Source of the DNA: Psilocybe cubensis
Taxonomy: Eukaryota
NCBI GenBank assembly: GCA_017499595.2
Contig: CM039008.1
Coordinates: 62,001-126,000 of the forward strand
DNA: 64,000 nt
Direction: 5' to 3'
Shown here one piece after another: positions 23,791 through 34,330 of the stretch. The notes beneath the pieces were generated by a model. That model saw only the letters and a list, made by a program, of their open reading frames with translations, did not search any database and was not told the origin of the DNA. How positions within the stretch are numbered: position 1 is the first letter of the stretch; each line of letters begins with the position of its first letter. Position numbers and translations under genes: made by a program.

Positions 23791-25000
23791 CCCTAGGTGC
23801 TCGTCGGTGCATATACAAAATACCCCCATTTCTCGGACCTTGAACACTCACACCGCTTTATCCTCCTATCCCATGCCTCCGCTGCCGTCGAAGACTATCA
23901 ACTCATTCATGCAGTGCTTGCAAAACACGAATATGGGTTTCTCAGTGCTGCTTTCCTTCCACCATGAGTTAAAGATAAGGTATCAAAGTCTACGGGTGCA
24001 TGCACTCACGATGACTGGAGATAAGATGTAGAGCGGGATTAATTGGCAAACACAGGTCGTTTTGTACACATGGCTGAGGCGCATATCGCGATTGCGCGTG
24101 TTTGTACTACGAATTGCTTGCGAGGTGACATGAACCTCATACCTTTCATTTCACTCTACAGATCTCCGCTTCAACATACTCATTTACTTCTTCATCGAGC
24201 GCAGCATCCAATCGGAAGGATTAGGTTACCAACTGATGACCGGATAACATACGGCGACTAAAATTATGTATATTTCTGTTCCACGGAACTGGACTCGGAA
24301 TTCTGCGCCTTGAGGTTAGTTTTTTGATACCGAGGACATGCGACCTCACGCAGGTTATAATTCACACCCGCCACTGCCACTTCATGGAAGGAGCGTGCTA
24401 AGAGGTAGCTTCTTGACATATAATACGGAATGAACAATCATATTTGATTCCCAGACACCCATAACCTTCCTGCATCTTTGCTAAACTTTGTCATTTCAAC
24501 TTTCCAGCACTCAGAAATGTAGACATTCAACGTCAACGTCGTTCACGTTCACAACTCCCAAACTGTTCCCATCAGCACACCCAAATCGCCTCAGCATACT
24601 CGAGACTCTTCCGGTGCTGGTGCTACAGAATCTGGAGTGGCGTCGCAGGCGACATTGTCGTTGAATTACACCCCTGGACCTTGGACTGATACTTTGTTGT
24701 TGGTGGGACCTACCCCACGGGATCTCTTGGAGATTTACTATGCAAAGTTCTCAAGTCAAACCATCGACATCGGAAACACGACATCAATCATTGATTCCAC
24801 AAGAACCTCTGGTTCCGTTGCAAAGGGATCCGAGTCGATTGTGGACCGTCTTGTCGTGGATAGCCTGGCCAGTGGAACGGTAGACCCAGCCGTTCTCATT
24901 CGCACGTCACCCCACTTGCGAGAGAAGCGTTCACAGGGTGTGATGCGAAGCCAGGCGGCGTCAGACAGACATCACCCGTACAACGTGGTGAATAGGCCAT

Positions 25001-25752
25001 TGATGAGCCGTGGTCGGTTGCGCGCGCGGAAACGTTTCGAACACAAGTCCATTCTCCCACGATATGCCGTGTCACATGTTCAATCTCCGACATTTCGCAA
25101 AGCACCCGCTCTGGCAATATCGCCCACACAAGCTTATCGTCGTGCACATAGAATGTTCAAGAAACAGTATTCCCCACCTATTCTCCCTTTTTATTGGCCT
25201 AGACTCGCGTACTGCACTGTTGAGTCAGCTATCGGCATCTTGGCACCGTTTCCCACGACTTTGATCGGACACTGACACCTCTTGACCTCCTCATCCTCCT
25301 GAGAAAACCAAGCGCCAAACACTCATTTCCTTTTCGTTCCACTTGAAACTTTGATATACCATTTCGTTCCATATGCTACGCCTTCTAGAATTTTTATACA
25401 TTTTTCTTGGCTGTTTCAGAGTTGCTATGGCTAGATTACTATAAATTCAGGTGTAGTAGCTAGCTAGAAGAAAAACAACCCATTGGTTCGCTCCCCTCTT
25501 CTCGTTTACCATCTGATATTCATAACCTCTCGTATATATCGTTTCGCGCTCGAATTTCGTGTCGTTATCTCGCCCCAGAGTGGTTCGAAGTCCTTGAGTG
25601 GCTTACACTCAGTTACTAGTCAAATTGTGGTTAGAGGTCTTTGTGGAAGCGCATCTCGCCATTACGCACCTTCTACGAAGTGTTGGGTGTTTCCCAGTGG
25701 TCTCAACTTCTTTTGGTTCTGCTCCGCACCTCACACGCTCGTAGGCGTATCA
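25001..25752 (+). repeat. 5' LTR of element 2
   Basis: Direct repeat of 32355-33106, TG...CA ends, TATA-like CTATAAAT near 25439. Confidence 0.97.
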
Positions 25753-25755
25753 TTT

Positions 25756-25773
25756 TGGAGCCCACCGCGAGGG
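25756..25773 (+). promoter_or_regulatory. Primer-binding site of element 2
   Basis: TGGAGCCCACCGCGAGGG begins 3 nt after the LTR; its complement has the layout of a tRNA 3' end (CTCGC-GGTGGGC-T-CCA). Confidence 0.75.
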
Positions 25774-26080
25774 TGCTTCAATAACCATTGCAGCTTCAAC
25801 CACAGCCCGTATTACTCGCTCACAAACGCTACGAGACGAGCTCATCTCGGCGTTCCAAAACCCCGACGATCTTACCGACGACTCTTTCTTTGTTGAGGTA
25901 CCCGACGTCGACGCTACACACAACAATCTCCCTATCCTCACTTCCCCTCTCTTCACTTCTTCTCAATTGCCCTCGCCACTTCATTCTCCATCGTCTTCGG
26001 TATCGTCCATTACTGCTTATTTTTCTGCACTCAATATCAACCCCAACATCTCCGTAACATCACCATCACCTCCAACCACC

Positions 26081-28351
26081 ATGACCACTCGAATGCCTGC
26101 TCGTGGCGATCGCAGTGCGCCCACCTTCGACCACACTAAGCCTAGAGAGCTCAAGCGATACTTCTCCGAGCTGGAGTTCCTATTCTCAGCTGCAGCAGTC
26201 ACCTTGGATGCGGAGAAAAAGCAACACACCACTCGTTATGTCAGTATTGAGGTCGCAGACATATGGGAAACCTTGCCAGAGTTCTCAGACCCCACCAAGA
26301 CTTATGTGGACTTCAAGAAAGCCATTCAAGAGCTCTACCCAGCTGCGGACGAAGAATATAGGTACACTATGGCGGACATGGATTTGTTAATTGGAAATCG
26401 TCAGCGCTTAGGCATTCACTCACTCGGAGACCTAGCCGACTACCATTCGCAATTTCTGGCAATCACCAAATTCCTTATTTCGCGTCAACGCCTCTCAGAG
26501 ATTGAGCAAAAGCGTGCTTACATACGTGGTTTTCCTCCAGAGCTTTGGGCGAAGGTATCTCAACGTCTACAGCTCAAATTCCTTGACCATCTCCCCGACG
26601 AACCCTATGATATCTCAGACGTGCAAGCTGCAGCTCGTTTTGTGCTTCATGGCACACATTCTATCGCTTCTTCGCTTCCAGCAACCTCTGCAGGCTCGTC
26701 TCCAGCAATAGTCCCATTGGAAGGCATCGTCAAGACGGAGCAGCTTGGGTCTATCTTTACAGAGTTCACCAAGTCGATTCTTGAGGCTATCAATGCAACT
26801 TCACAACGCTCACGCTTCCCTGCGTCTTCTGATGCGACTCCTCGCGATGTGAAGTGTAATTTCTGTGGTCGGGATCACTATATTCGCAATTGCGAGTTAG
26901 TGGACGAATATATTCGTGCTGGCAAGGCTAAGCGCAATATTGAGGGAAAGGTAGTCTTACCTACAGGTGCTTTCGTTCCACGCGAGATTACTGGGTCTCT
27001 GTTGAAAGAGCGCATTGATGAATGGCACAGACGCAATCCTGGACAGCTAGCGGCAGCCACAGTCTCGTCCAACATGCTTGGCGCAGTTCAGTGCAGTCCC
27101 AATGCTTCCAGTGCGTTGTCTCCACATCAAGCGGCTTATCAGTTCACAGCTGATGACCGCATCGCGCTGCTTGAAGCAGAACTCTTTAGTCTTCGTGCAC
27201 GGCGCCCTGACTTCTCTCCTACTGTTCGCACCCGTGCCCAGAAGATACGCGACATGGAGCAGGCCGCAAACAATGAAGCGCTGCGTGCGGATGCAGCTGG
27301 TACTCGTCCTAACCCGCCAGCATCAACACCGGATCCCCAAGAGTCTCAGAACGTTTCCAAGTCCACAAATCAAGCTGTTCCACCTCCTCCTCCATCTCAG
27401 CCTGAAGAAGAGCCAGAACACCCGTTTCGCAACGCCCGAGATGCAAATTATTTGCCACCGCTTCATCGCAACCTTGCTGCGCAACCAAAAACCGTTCCAA
27501 AGAAGGCAGAGCCCGCGTACCGCACCGCTGCACCAATACAAGATGCAGAAGTCGTTTCTACCGTCTATAACCGCTCCCTTGATGCTCCAGTTACGCTCAC
27601 GCAGCGGGAATTGCTCTCAATTGCCCCAGACGTTCGTGCACATTACAAAGATGCGACTACTGCCAAGCGCACACCTACCACCGACTCTACACTCCAAACA
27701 AACATATTAGAGGGTCAACACATGCAACAGCGTACTCAAAAGGCTTACCAGTCCATGCCAGTCGCCGTTGCTCTCGCAGCAAGCCAACATCGCAGTCCTC
27801 CTGAAGGTGCAACCATTGTAGACGATCCTTTTGAGCAGTACTATCGCTCGCTGCGTCCAGGAGAAGAGCCCGATCCGACTCGACTTGCTGTTGCTAAGGA
27901 ATCTGCGGCGCTTCGTTCTATTTTTCCCATCGTAGACAACAACCTTAAGGTTGAATGCATCTTGGATCCCGGGAGCCAAATCATTGCAATGTCCGAGGAA
28001 GTCTGCCACGCGCTGTCTCTTATTTATGACCCCACAATCACGCTCAATATGCAGTCTGCAAATGGAACAGTTGATAAGTCATTAGGTCTCGCACGCAATG
28101 TCCCTTTCCGCATTGGGGATCTCACCTTGTATATGCAAGTTCACGTTATTCGTGCGCCTGCGTACGATATCTTGCTTGGCAGACCGTTTGACATCTTGAC
28201 TGAGAGTGTTGTGCGCAATTTCCGCAATGAAGACCAGACAATTACTGTAGCAGACCCCAACTCGGGTCAGGTAGTCACTATACCCACTGTACCAAGAGGA
28301 CCACCACGCTTTGCCTGTCGCCACTCGGATTTTCACGGAACGAGGATCTAG
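26081..28351 (+). CDS. gag: Gag-protease polyprotein of element 2
   Basis: Zinc knuckle CNFCGRDHYIRNC and aspartic protease ILDPGSQI...ILLGRPF. First ATG at 26081; the ORF is open from 25967. Confidence 0.93.
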   Translation: MTTRMPARGDRSAPTFDHTKPRELKRYFSELEFLFSAAAVTLDAEKKQHTTRYVSIEVADIWETLPEFSDPTKTYVDFKKAIQELYPAADEEYRYTMADMDLLIGNRQRLGIHSLGDLADYHSQFLAITKFLISRQRLSEIEQKRAYIRGFPPELWAKVSQRLQLKFLDHLPDEPYDISDVQAAARFVLHGTHSIASSLPATSAGSSPAIVPLEGIVKTEQLGSIFTEFTKSILEAINATSQRSRFPASSDATPRDVKCNFCGRDHYIRNCELVDEYIRAGKAKRNIEGKVVLPTGAFVPREITGSLLKERIDEWHRRNPGQLAAATVSSNMLGAVQCSPNASSALSPHQAAYQFTADDRIALLEAELFSLRARRPDFSPTVRTRAQKIRDMEQAANNEALRADAAGTRPNPPASTPDPQESQNVSKSTNQAVPPPPPSQPEEEPEHPFRNARDANYLPPLHRNLAAQPKTVPKKAEPAYRTAAPIQDAEVVSTVYNRSLDAPVTLTQRELLSIAPDVRAHYKDATTAKRTPTTDSTLQTNILEGQHMQQRTQKAYQSMPVAVALAASQHRSPPEGATIVDDPFEQYYRSLRPGEEPDPTRLAVAKESAALRSIFPIVDNNLKVECILDPGSQIIAMSEEVCHALSLIYDPTITLNMQSANGTVDKSLGLARNVPFRIGDLTLYMQVHVIRAPAYDILLGRPFDILTESVVRNFRNEDQTITVADPNSGQVVTIPTVPRGPPRFACRHSDFHGTRI

Positions 28352-28353
28352 GA

Positions 28354-31300
28354 GTGTCTGCCAACCTCATAGCACTCAGGATACGCATCAAGGAAGGGCA
28401 TATATTTCTTGAAGCGGTAGAACCTCTAGAGTCCTCGGATATTATCTCAGTTTCGTATTTTTCAGCCTGTGATCTTGATATTCCCCCAATCTCTTCTGTC
28501 CTCAATTCCACAACCACTCAATCCTCTTCTATTTTGTTTACATCAGCTCTATCCAACCTCTGTCCAGCTAACATTCCTAACATGCCCACTCAATCCTTCC
28601 CATTGTGCTTTAATCTTCAACATTCATTACCTTTCCCATTAGAATCCGCTTCCTCAAATCTAGACCCCACTCCAGCAATATTTGCCGCCACCAAGAAGAA
28701 GTATAAGCCAGTATCAAAGAAGACGCGACCTATTTATGGAGAGCTTCCGGAGAAGTATCAAATTATCCGCAATATTATTGGAGATCCTCTCGCCTCCTTA
28801 CCATCCCTGAGCACCACACCTCCTCCATTTCAACCTATTGGGCGCTATACCGACGAGCGCATGAAGCTAGTTGATGCAGCACACTCTTCAAGCTTCCTGT
28901 GGCCGGCCGAGCGCGACCTCTTGCACCACTTCATGATGCTACATCAAGATGGCTTCGCATGGAATGATACCGAGCGTGGTCATTTCCGAGAAGACTTCTT
29001 TCCGCCCGTGGAAATTCCAGTCATTCCGCACAAACCCTGGATAGTCCGCAATCGACCCATTCCCCCTGGCATCTATGACGAGCTCTGTCGCCTTCTGCAG
29101 AAGAAGCTCGATGCGGGAGTGCTTCAAAGATCTTGTGCGTCGTACCGAGGCGGCTGGTTTGCAGTTGTCAAGAAGGATGGGAAGTCTTTACGTATTGTGC
29201 AATCACTGGAGCCGCTCAACGCAGTCACCATTGCGCATTCGGGTGTTACTCCATTCACTGAACAGATTGCAGAGCAATTTGCAGCACTAGCATGCGTTGG
29301 ACTATTGGATTTGTTTGTTGGATATGACGAGCGCGCCCTAGCAGAGTCTTCACGAGACTACACCACATTCCAAACGCCTTTCGGACCCCTTCGCCTCACT
29401 ACACTCCCTATGGGGTGGACTAACTCTGTCCCTATATTCCACGACGACGTCACATACATTTTGCAGCCAGAAATTCCTCACACCACTGTCCCATATATCG
29501 ACGACGTCCCCATCAAAGGCCCACGTTCCCGCTATATACTTCCCTCTGGCAACTTTGAAACTATCCCGGAAAATTCTGGAATACGACGCTTCGTTTGGGA
29601 GCACTTCCAAGGTCTTAATCGCGTAGTGCAACGCATGAAATACAGCGGAGGCACTTTCTCTGGCCCCAAATCGATTCTCTGTGCATCTGAAGTCACCATT
29701 CTAGGCCATCGATGCACATACGAAGGCCGTCTCCCGGATTTATCACGCGTCGCCGCTATTTCGAACTGGGGGCCATGCAAGGACCTTTCTGATGTCCGTT
29801 CCTTCCTTGGTACCATTGGAGTCTGCCGATTATTCATCCGTAACTTCGCACATCGAGCCCATCATCTCGTCAAGCTCACACGCAAAGGCCAGGACTTCGA
29901 GTGGACTCAAAATCAAGAACGCGCGCAGCAGGATCTTAAGGAGGCATTGTTAAAGTCACCTGCACTTCGTCCCATCGATTACACCTCCCCTGCACCTGTC
30001 ATCGTCTCGGTTGACACTTCCACCATCGCAGTAGGTCACATCCTTGCTCAGTGCGACCCCAGCAACCCGCGCATTCGATATTTCGCCCGTTTCGGATCCA
30101 TAACGCTTAACGAACGCGAGGCGCGTTATTCGCAACCCAAACTCGAGCTGTACGGATTATTTCGTGCACTTCGCGCACTCAAACTGTATATTTTGGGTGT
30201 TCGCAACCTCGTAGTCGAGGTAGATGCGAAGTACATCAAAGGAATGTTGTCAAACCCCGATATTGCACCCTCAGCAACTATAAATCGATGGATATGTGCT
30301 ATACTCATGTTCCACTTTGAACTAGTGCACGTACCAGGCGTTCTACACGGTCCAGATGGTCTTTCACGACGCAAGCCACAGCCTGGAGATGCACCCGAGC
30401 CTGAGGACGACTTTGAAGACTGGATCGACGAAATGCACGGTTTTATGCACATCTTAAACCCCATCCTTCCCGCCGCCTTGATACAGCCTCACATTGTAAT
30501 CTTTGCTACTTCCACTACAGTTGAACCAGCCCCACCCATTCAGGAGTCTAGTGACTCGGCTCCATCGCCTCCCGTTACTCCCAAGCCCTCGTACTCCATT
30601 ATTCCACGCTCTGAACTCGCCCACAAAGCTGACAACCGCCTCTTTCAAGTCCGTATATGGCACCAAACCCTACAACGTCCTGCCGACATGTCTGATAGTG
30701 AATATGCGTCTTTTATGCGATACTGCACCGAGTTCTTCATCTCTGCTGACCGCCTGTGGCGGAAGGATGCCAATGGAAGACACAAGGTCGTTGTATTCGC
30801 TGAGAAGCGCTTATTTATTATTACAGCTGCGCATGATGATGTGGGACACCATGGGTATTATGCAACACATTCTCTGATTGCTGAACGCTTCTGGTGGCCA
30901 TTCATGGGCTTTGACATTGGCTGGTTCGTTCGCACATGCCATATTTGCCAACTTCGACGCACTCATGACATTCTCATCCCTCCCACTGTCGCTATACCCG
31001 CACCACTCTTCTCCAAAGCGTATATGGACACGCTGCACCTCCCTCCGTCGGGTGGCTTCAAATATCTTATCCAAGCTCGTTGTTCAGTTTGCCACTTCCC
31101 TGAATACTGCCCACTTCGACGCGAGATTGCACAAACGATTGGCGAATGGATTATGCGTGATTTAGTATTCAGATACGGACCTCTAGTGGAGATTGTGACG
31201 GATAACGGCCCCCCAATCGTCAAAGCGATAGAGTACATTGCTAAACGATATCACATCTATCACATTCGCGTCTCAGGCTACAATTCGCGTGCCAATGGAA

Positions 31301-32031
31301 TCGTGGAGCGTGCACACTTTGACGTGCGGCAGGCTATCTTCAAGGTGACGGACGGCGATATATCTTTATGGAAACAGTTTATACACTTCGTCTTTTGGGC
31401 AGAACGTGTAACCGCAAGGCGTCGCATGGGATGTTCGCCATATTTCGCTCTCACGGGCACTCAACCACTCATTCCTCTTGATATCAGCGAAGCAACCTAC
31501 CTTCTTCCGCCTCCCGAATCGGTTCTCTCCACCACTGAACTCATTGCTCGTCGTGCACTCGCTCTTTCGAAACGGCAAGAAGACCTCCAACGCCTCTACT
31601 CTAAGGTGTATGAAGCACGTCGCAAGGCTGCTGTGCGCTTTGAAAGAGAGCATGCCCACCAGATCCGTAGCTATGAATTCAAGCTCGGTGATCTTGTCCT
31701 CATCCGCAACACACGCATTGCAAAGTCACTCAATCGCAAGATGCGCACGCGATATTTAGGTCCTCTTATCGTCATCTCTCGCAATCGAGGTGGAGCTTAT
31801 ATTCTGTCCGAGCTCGACGGCACACTTCTTGATCGGCCTATTGCTGCATTCCGAGTTATTCCATATTTTGCTCGTCGAACTTTGGACTTGCCGCCTCTTG
31901 ATGAATTACTCGATGTTTCGCAGCACCGCCTACATGAGCTTGAGGATACTTCAGCGCCCGACCCTGAGGACGTTGAGGACGTTGAGGATGTTGATGCCGA
32001 CGAAGAAGACCCAGAGGAAGAGGAAGAGTAA
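28354..32031 (+). CDS. pol: Pol (RT, RNase H, integrase) of element 2, in the -1 frame relative to gag-pro
   Basis: LPMGWTNS, YIDD, SVDTS, DGLSR, AHDDVGH...CHIC, MDT...TDNG...VERAH; acidic tail and no recognisable chromodomain. Confidence 0.96.
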   Translation: MSANLIALRIRIKEGHIFLEAVEPLESSDIISVSYFSACDLDIPPISSVLNSTTTQSSSILFTSALSNLCPANIPNMPTQSFPLCFNLQHSLPFPLESASSNLDPTPAIFAATKKKYKPVSKKTRPIYGELPEKYQIIRNIIGDPLASLPSLSTTPPPFQPIGRYTDERMKLVDAAHSSSFLWPAERDLLHHFMMLHQDGFAWNDTERGHFREDFFPPVEIPVIPHKPWIVRNRPIPPGIYDELCRLLQKKLDAGVLQRSCASYRGGWFAVVKKDGKSLRIVQSLEPLNAVTIAHSGVTPFTEQIAEQFAALACVGLLDLFVGYDERALAESSRDYTTFQTPFGPLRLTTLPMGWTNSVPIFHDDVTYILQPEIPHTTVPYIDDVPIKGPRSRYILPSGNFETIPENSGIRRFVWEHFQGLNRVVQRMKYSGGTFSGPKSILCASEVTILGHRCTYEGRLPDLSRVAAISNWGPCKDLSDVRSFLGTIGVCRLFIRNFAHRAHHLVKLTRKGQDFEWTQNQERAQQDLKEALLKSPALRPIDYTSPAPVIVSVDTSTIAVGHILAQCDPSNPRIRYFARFGSITLNEREARYSQPKLELYGLFRALRALKLYILGVRNLVVEVDAKYIKGMLSNPDIAPSATINRWICAILMFHFELVHVPGVLHGPDGLSRRKPQPGDAPEPEDDFEDWIDEMHGFMHILNPILPAALIQPHIVIFATSTTVEPAPPIQESSDSAPSPPVTPKPSYSIIPRSELAHKADNRLFQVRIWHQTLQRPADMSDSEYASFMRYCTEFFISADRLWRKDANGRHKVVVFAEKRLFIITAAHDDVGHHGYYATHSLIAERFWWPFMGFDIGWFVRTCHICQLRRTHDILIPPTVAIPAPLFSKAYMDTLHLPPSGGFKYLIQARCSVCHFPEYCPLRREIAQTIGEWIMRDLVFRYGPLVEIVTDNGPPIVKAIEYIAKRYHIYHIRVSGYNSRANGIVERAHFDVRQAIFKVTDGDISLWKQFIHFVFWAERVTARRRMGCSPYFALTGTQPLIPLDISEATYLLPPPESVLSTTELIARRALALSKRQEDLQRLYSKVYEARRKAAVRFEREHAHQIRSYEFKLGDLVLIRNTRIAKSLNRKMRTRYLGPLIVISRNRGGAYILSELDGTLLDRPIAAFRVIPYFARRTLDLPPLDELLDVSQHRLHELEDTSAPDPEDVEDVEDVDADEEDPEEEEE

Positions 32032-32317
32032 TGGCAGCCTTGATTTAAGTAGGGAGGAGTTCCCTGCCTCCAAACTACATTTCACTATTGGCCATGACCT
32101 TTTCACCGTTCCCTCATCACTTCCACATCCAGTGCTTCCCATCTATTTATTCCCAAAATCACCATAACCCCAACTCACTTCAAAACATAAATCATGTCTT
32201 TCCTTTCTTTCCTAATCTATGTATTTGTCAACACCCCTTCCTATTTTGCCCTAATACATGCCAGTCCCATGCATTCGACTCTCAGTACACATTCTATCAA
32301 TATCCTTTACGATACAA

Positions 32318-32354
32318 CTGACTGGGGACAGTCAGAAGTTAAGTAGGGAGGAGA
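32318..32354 (+). promoter_or_regulatory. Stem-loop plus polypurine tract of element 2
   Basis: CTGACTG-GGGA-CAGTCAG hairpin, then AAGTTAAGTAGGGAGGAGA abutting the 3' LTR. Confidence 0.85.
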
Positions 32355-33106
32355 TGATGAGCCGTGGTCGGTTGCGCGCGCGGAAACGTTTCGAACACAA
32401 GTCCATTCTCCCACGATATGCCGTGTCACATGTTCAATCTCCGACATTTCGCAAAGCACCCGCTCTGGCAATATCGCCCACACAAGCTTATCGTCGTGCA
32501 CATAGAATGTTCAAGAAACAGTATTCCCCACCTATTCTCCCTTTTTATTGGCCTAGACTCGCGTACTGCACTGTTGAGTCAGCTATCGGCATCTTGGCAC
32601 CGTTTCCCACGACTTTGATCGGACACTGACACCTCTTGACCTCCTCATCCTCCTGAGAAAACCAAGCGCCAAACACTCATTTCCTTTTCGTTCCACTTGA
32701 AACTTTGATATACCATTTCGTTCCATATGCTACGCCTTCTAGAATTTTTATACATTTTTCTTGGCTGTTTCAGAGTTGCTATGGCTAGATTACTATAAAT
32801 TCAGGTGTAGTAGCTAGCTAGAAGAAAAACAACCCATTGGTTCGCTCCCCTCTTCTCGTTTACCATCTGATATTCATAACCTCTCGTATATATCGTTTCG
32901 CGCTCGAATTTCGTGTCGTTATCTCGCCCCAGAGTGGTTCGAAGTCCTTGAGTGGCTTACACTCAGTTACTAGTCAAATTGTGGTTAGAGGTCTTTGTGG
33001 AAGCGCATCTCGCCATTACGCACCTTCTACGAAGTGTTGGGTGTTTCCCAGTGGTCTCAACTTCTTTTGGTTCTGCTCCGCACCTCACACGCTCGTAGGC
33101 GTATCA
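32355..33106 (+). repeat. 3' LTR of element 2
   Basis: Same length as the 5' LTR and no differences noticed by eye. Confidence 0.97.
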
Positions 33107-33859
33107 CCATCCAGGGTAGCTATACCGAGAAACAGTAGTAACGAACATGCAAACACTTTCTGTCATCCATCCGGAGAGACATAAAACGCACAATATAGAA
33201 CTTCCCAGCACCGGGAACAACACCACAGGCACGGCTCCGGGTATGATATTCCTGTTGAGCAGATGCCTCGACCGGCACCGAGCCCAAACGAAGATGGAAG
33301 GTACTTTGTGGATCTCTATCTCTCGATATCATGGCACTGACAGTTTTGTTATGCAAGGAGTCGGAATGAGAGGATCAACTGGAGATGGGGATAGTGGGGA
33401 AACTGAACAGCAGCCCCAAAAAATGCAAGGTCATAGAAGCGACTATGACAGTTGCTTTAGGAGCCGGGAGGAGATTTTCTCCAAGGGCAAGGCTGGTGTA
33501 GGGAAAAGGAAGAGGGAAAAGCGGTGATTGAAGTTGCAGAGGATGGTAAAATTAAAATTAGTATCTTATCAGTCCATCGACTGGATCGATGGAGGCTGAT
33601 TAGATTATATATTGTTTTTTGAGTGATGAGCGTGAGACTTCACACACAATCATGACAAAATCACCAACTTTAAAGATTGCGACTTGCCATGATGCACAAC
33701 ATAACCGGGGACAAGGGAGCTAATCCGCATGAAATCTCATCTGGGCGCGCACATTTTATAATTGTAGTTCTTAAAACACAAACGACAGCATTTCATTAGC
33801 TCGATAGAAAAAGTAGAGAAGGGTCATCGAGGCGAATGATACCGGGTGGACGCGTGAAA

Positions 33860-34330
33860 GCGGAGTTTGAATGCGCTTGACAACAGCAAGGCCAAACAAC
33901 GCGCGCGCTGCTTGTTCACTGCCATCTCCACTCAACTCTGCCTCGAGTACAACGATTCAAACAGAAGGGAAGGGAAGCTCGAAAGGGTTAAGAAGTGTGG
34001 GGGACTTGGTGTCGAGTTTGGTAAGCACTCTATTTTGCTCTCCATCGTTCTCGCATGGAAGTTGGAACCACATAAACCACGACGACACTCTCCCCAACCT
34101 CTTCCATCGCTCGCACCCGTGCACTGGCGCATGCAAAACCATCGACGTCGCGGCAGCTACACCAAGTCAATCACCGACTCTCGGTATACCCTACTCGGCG
34201 CGATGGTTCATTTAGTACTCCGTTGGTGCAGTGCAGTGCCTCCCTTTACCCTCTGAATCTTCCACGCATGCCAATTTGTTGAGATACATCATGCTCCACC
34301 TGGATCCCGCGTATTTTTGGGCGCATACAT
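33860..34330 (+). repeat. Dispersed repeat family R, copy
   Basis: GCGGAGTTTGAATGCGCTTGACAACAGCAAGGCCAAACAAC and CATCGACGTCGCGGCAGCTACACCAAGTC. Confidence 0.7.

Larger units (their letters stand above)
25001..33106 (+). mobile_element. Complete Ty3/Gypsy LTR retrotransposon 2 (8106 bp)
   Basis: Two 752-bp LTRs (TGAT...ATCA), 4-bp target duplication CCAT (24997-25000, 33107-33110), PBS, PPT and intact gag-pro and pol ORFs. Confidence 0.98.
24517..33527 (+). pseudogene. Orphan gene C, copy 1: nonsense mutations and interruption by Gypsy element 2
   Basis: ATG-TAG at 24517 where the paralog has ATG-CAG. SGTVDPAVL before the insertion and HANTFCHPSGET*, PVEQMP, QGHRSDYDSCFRSREEI after it align with the gene at 52173-53525. 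Confidence 0.8.

Noticed and set aside
24896-25896. Short ORFs duplicated at 32258-33184
   Set aside because: They repeat only because they lie in the two LTRs; no independent coding evidence.
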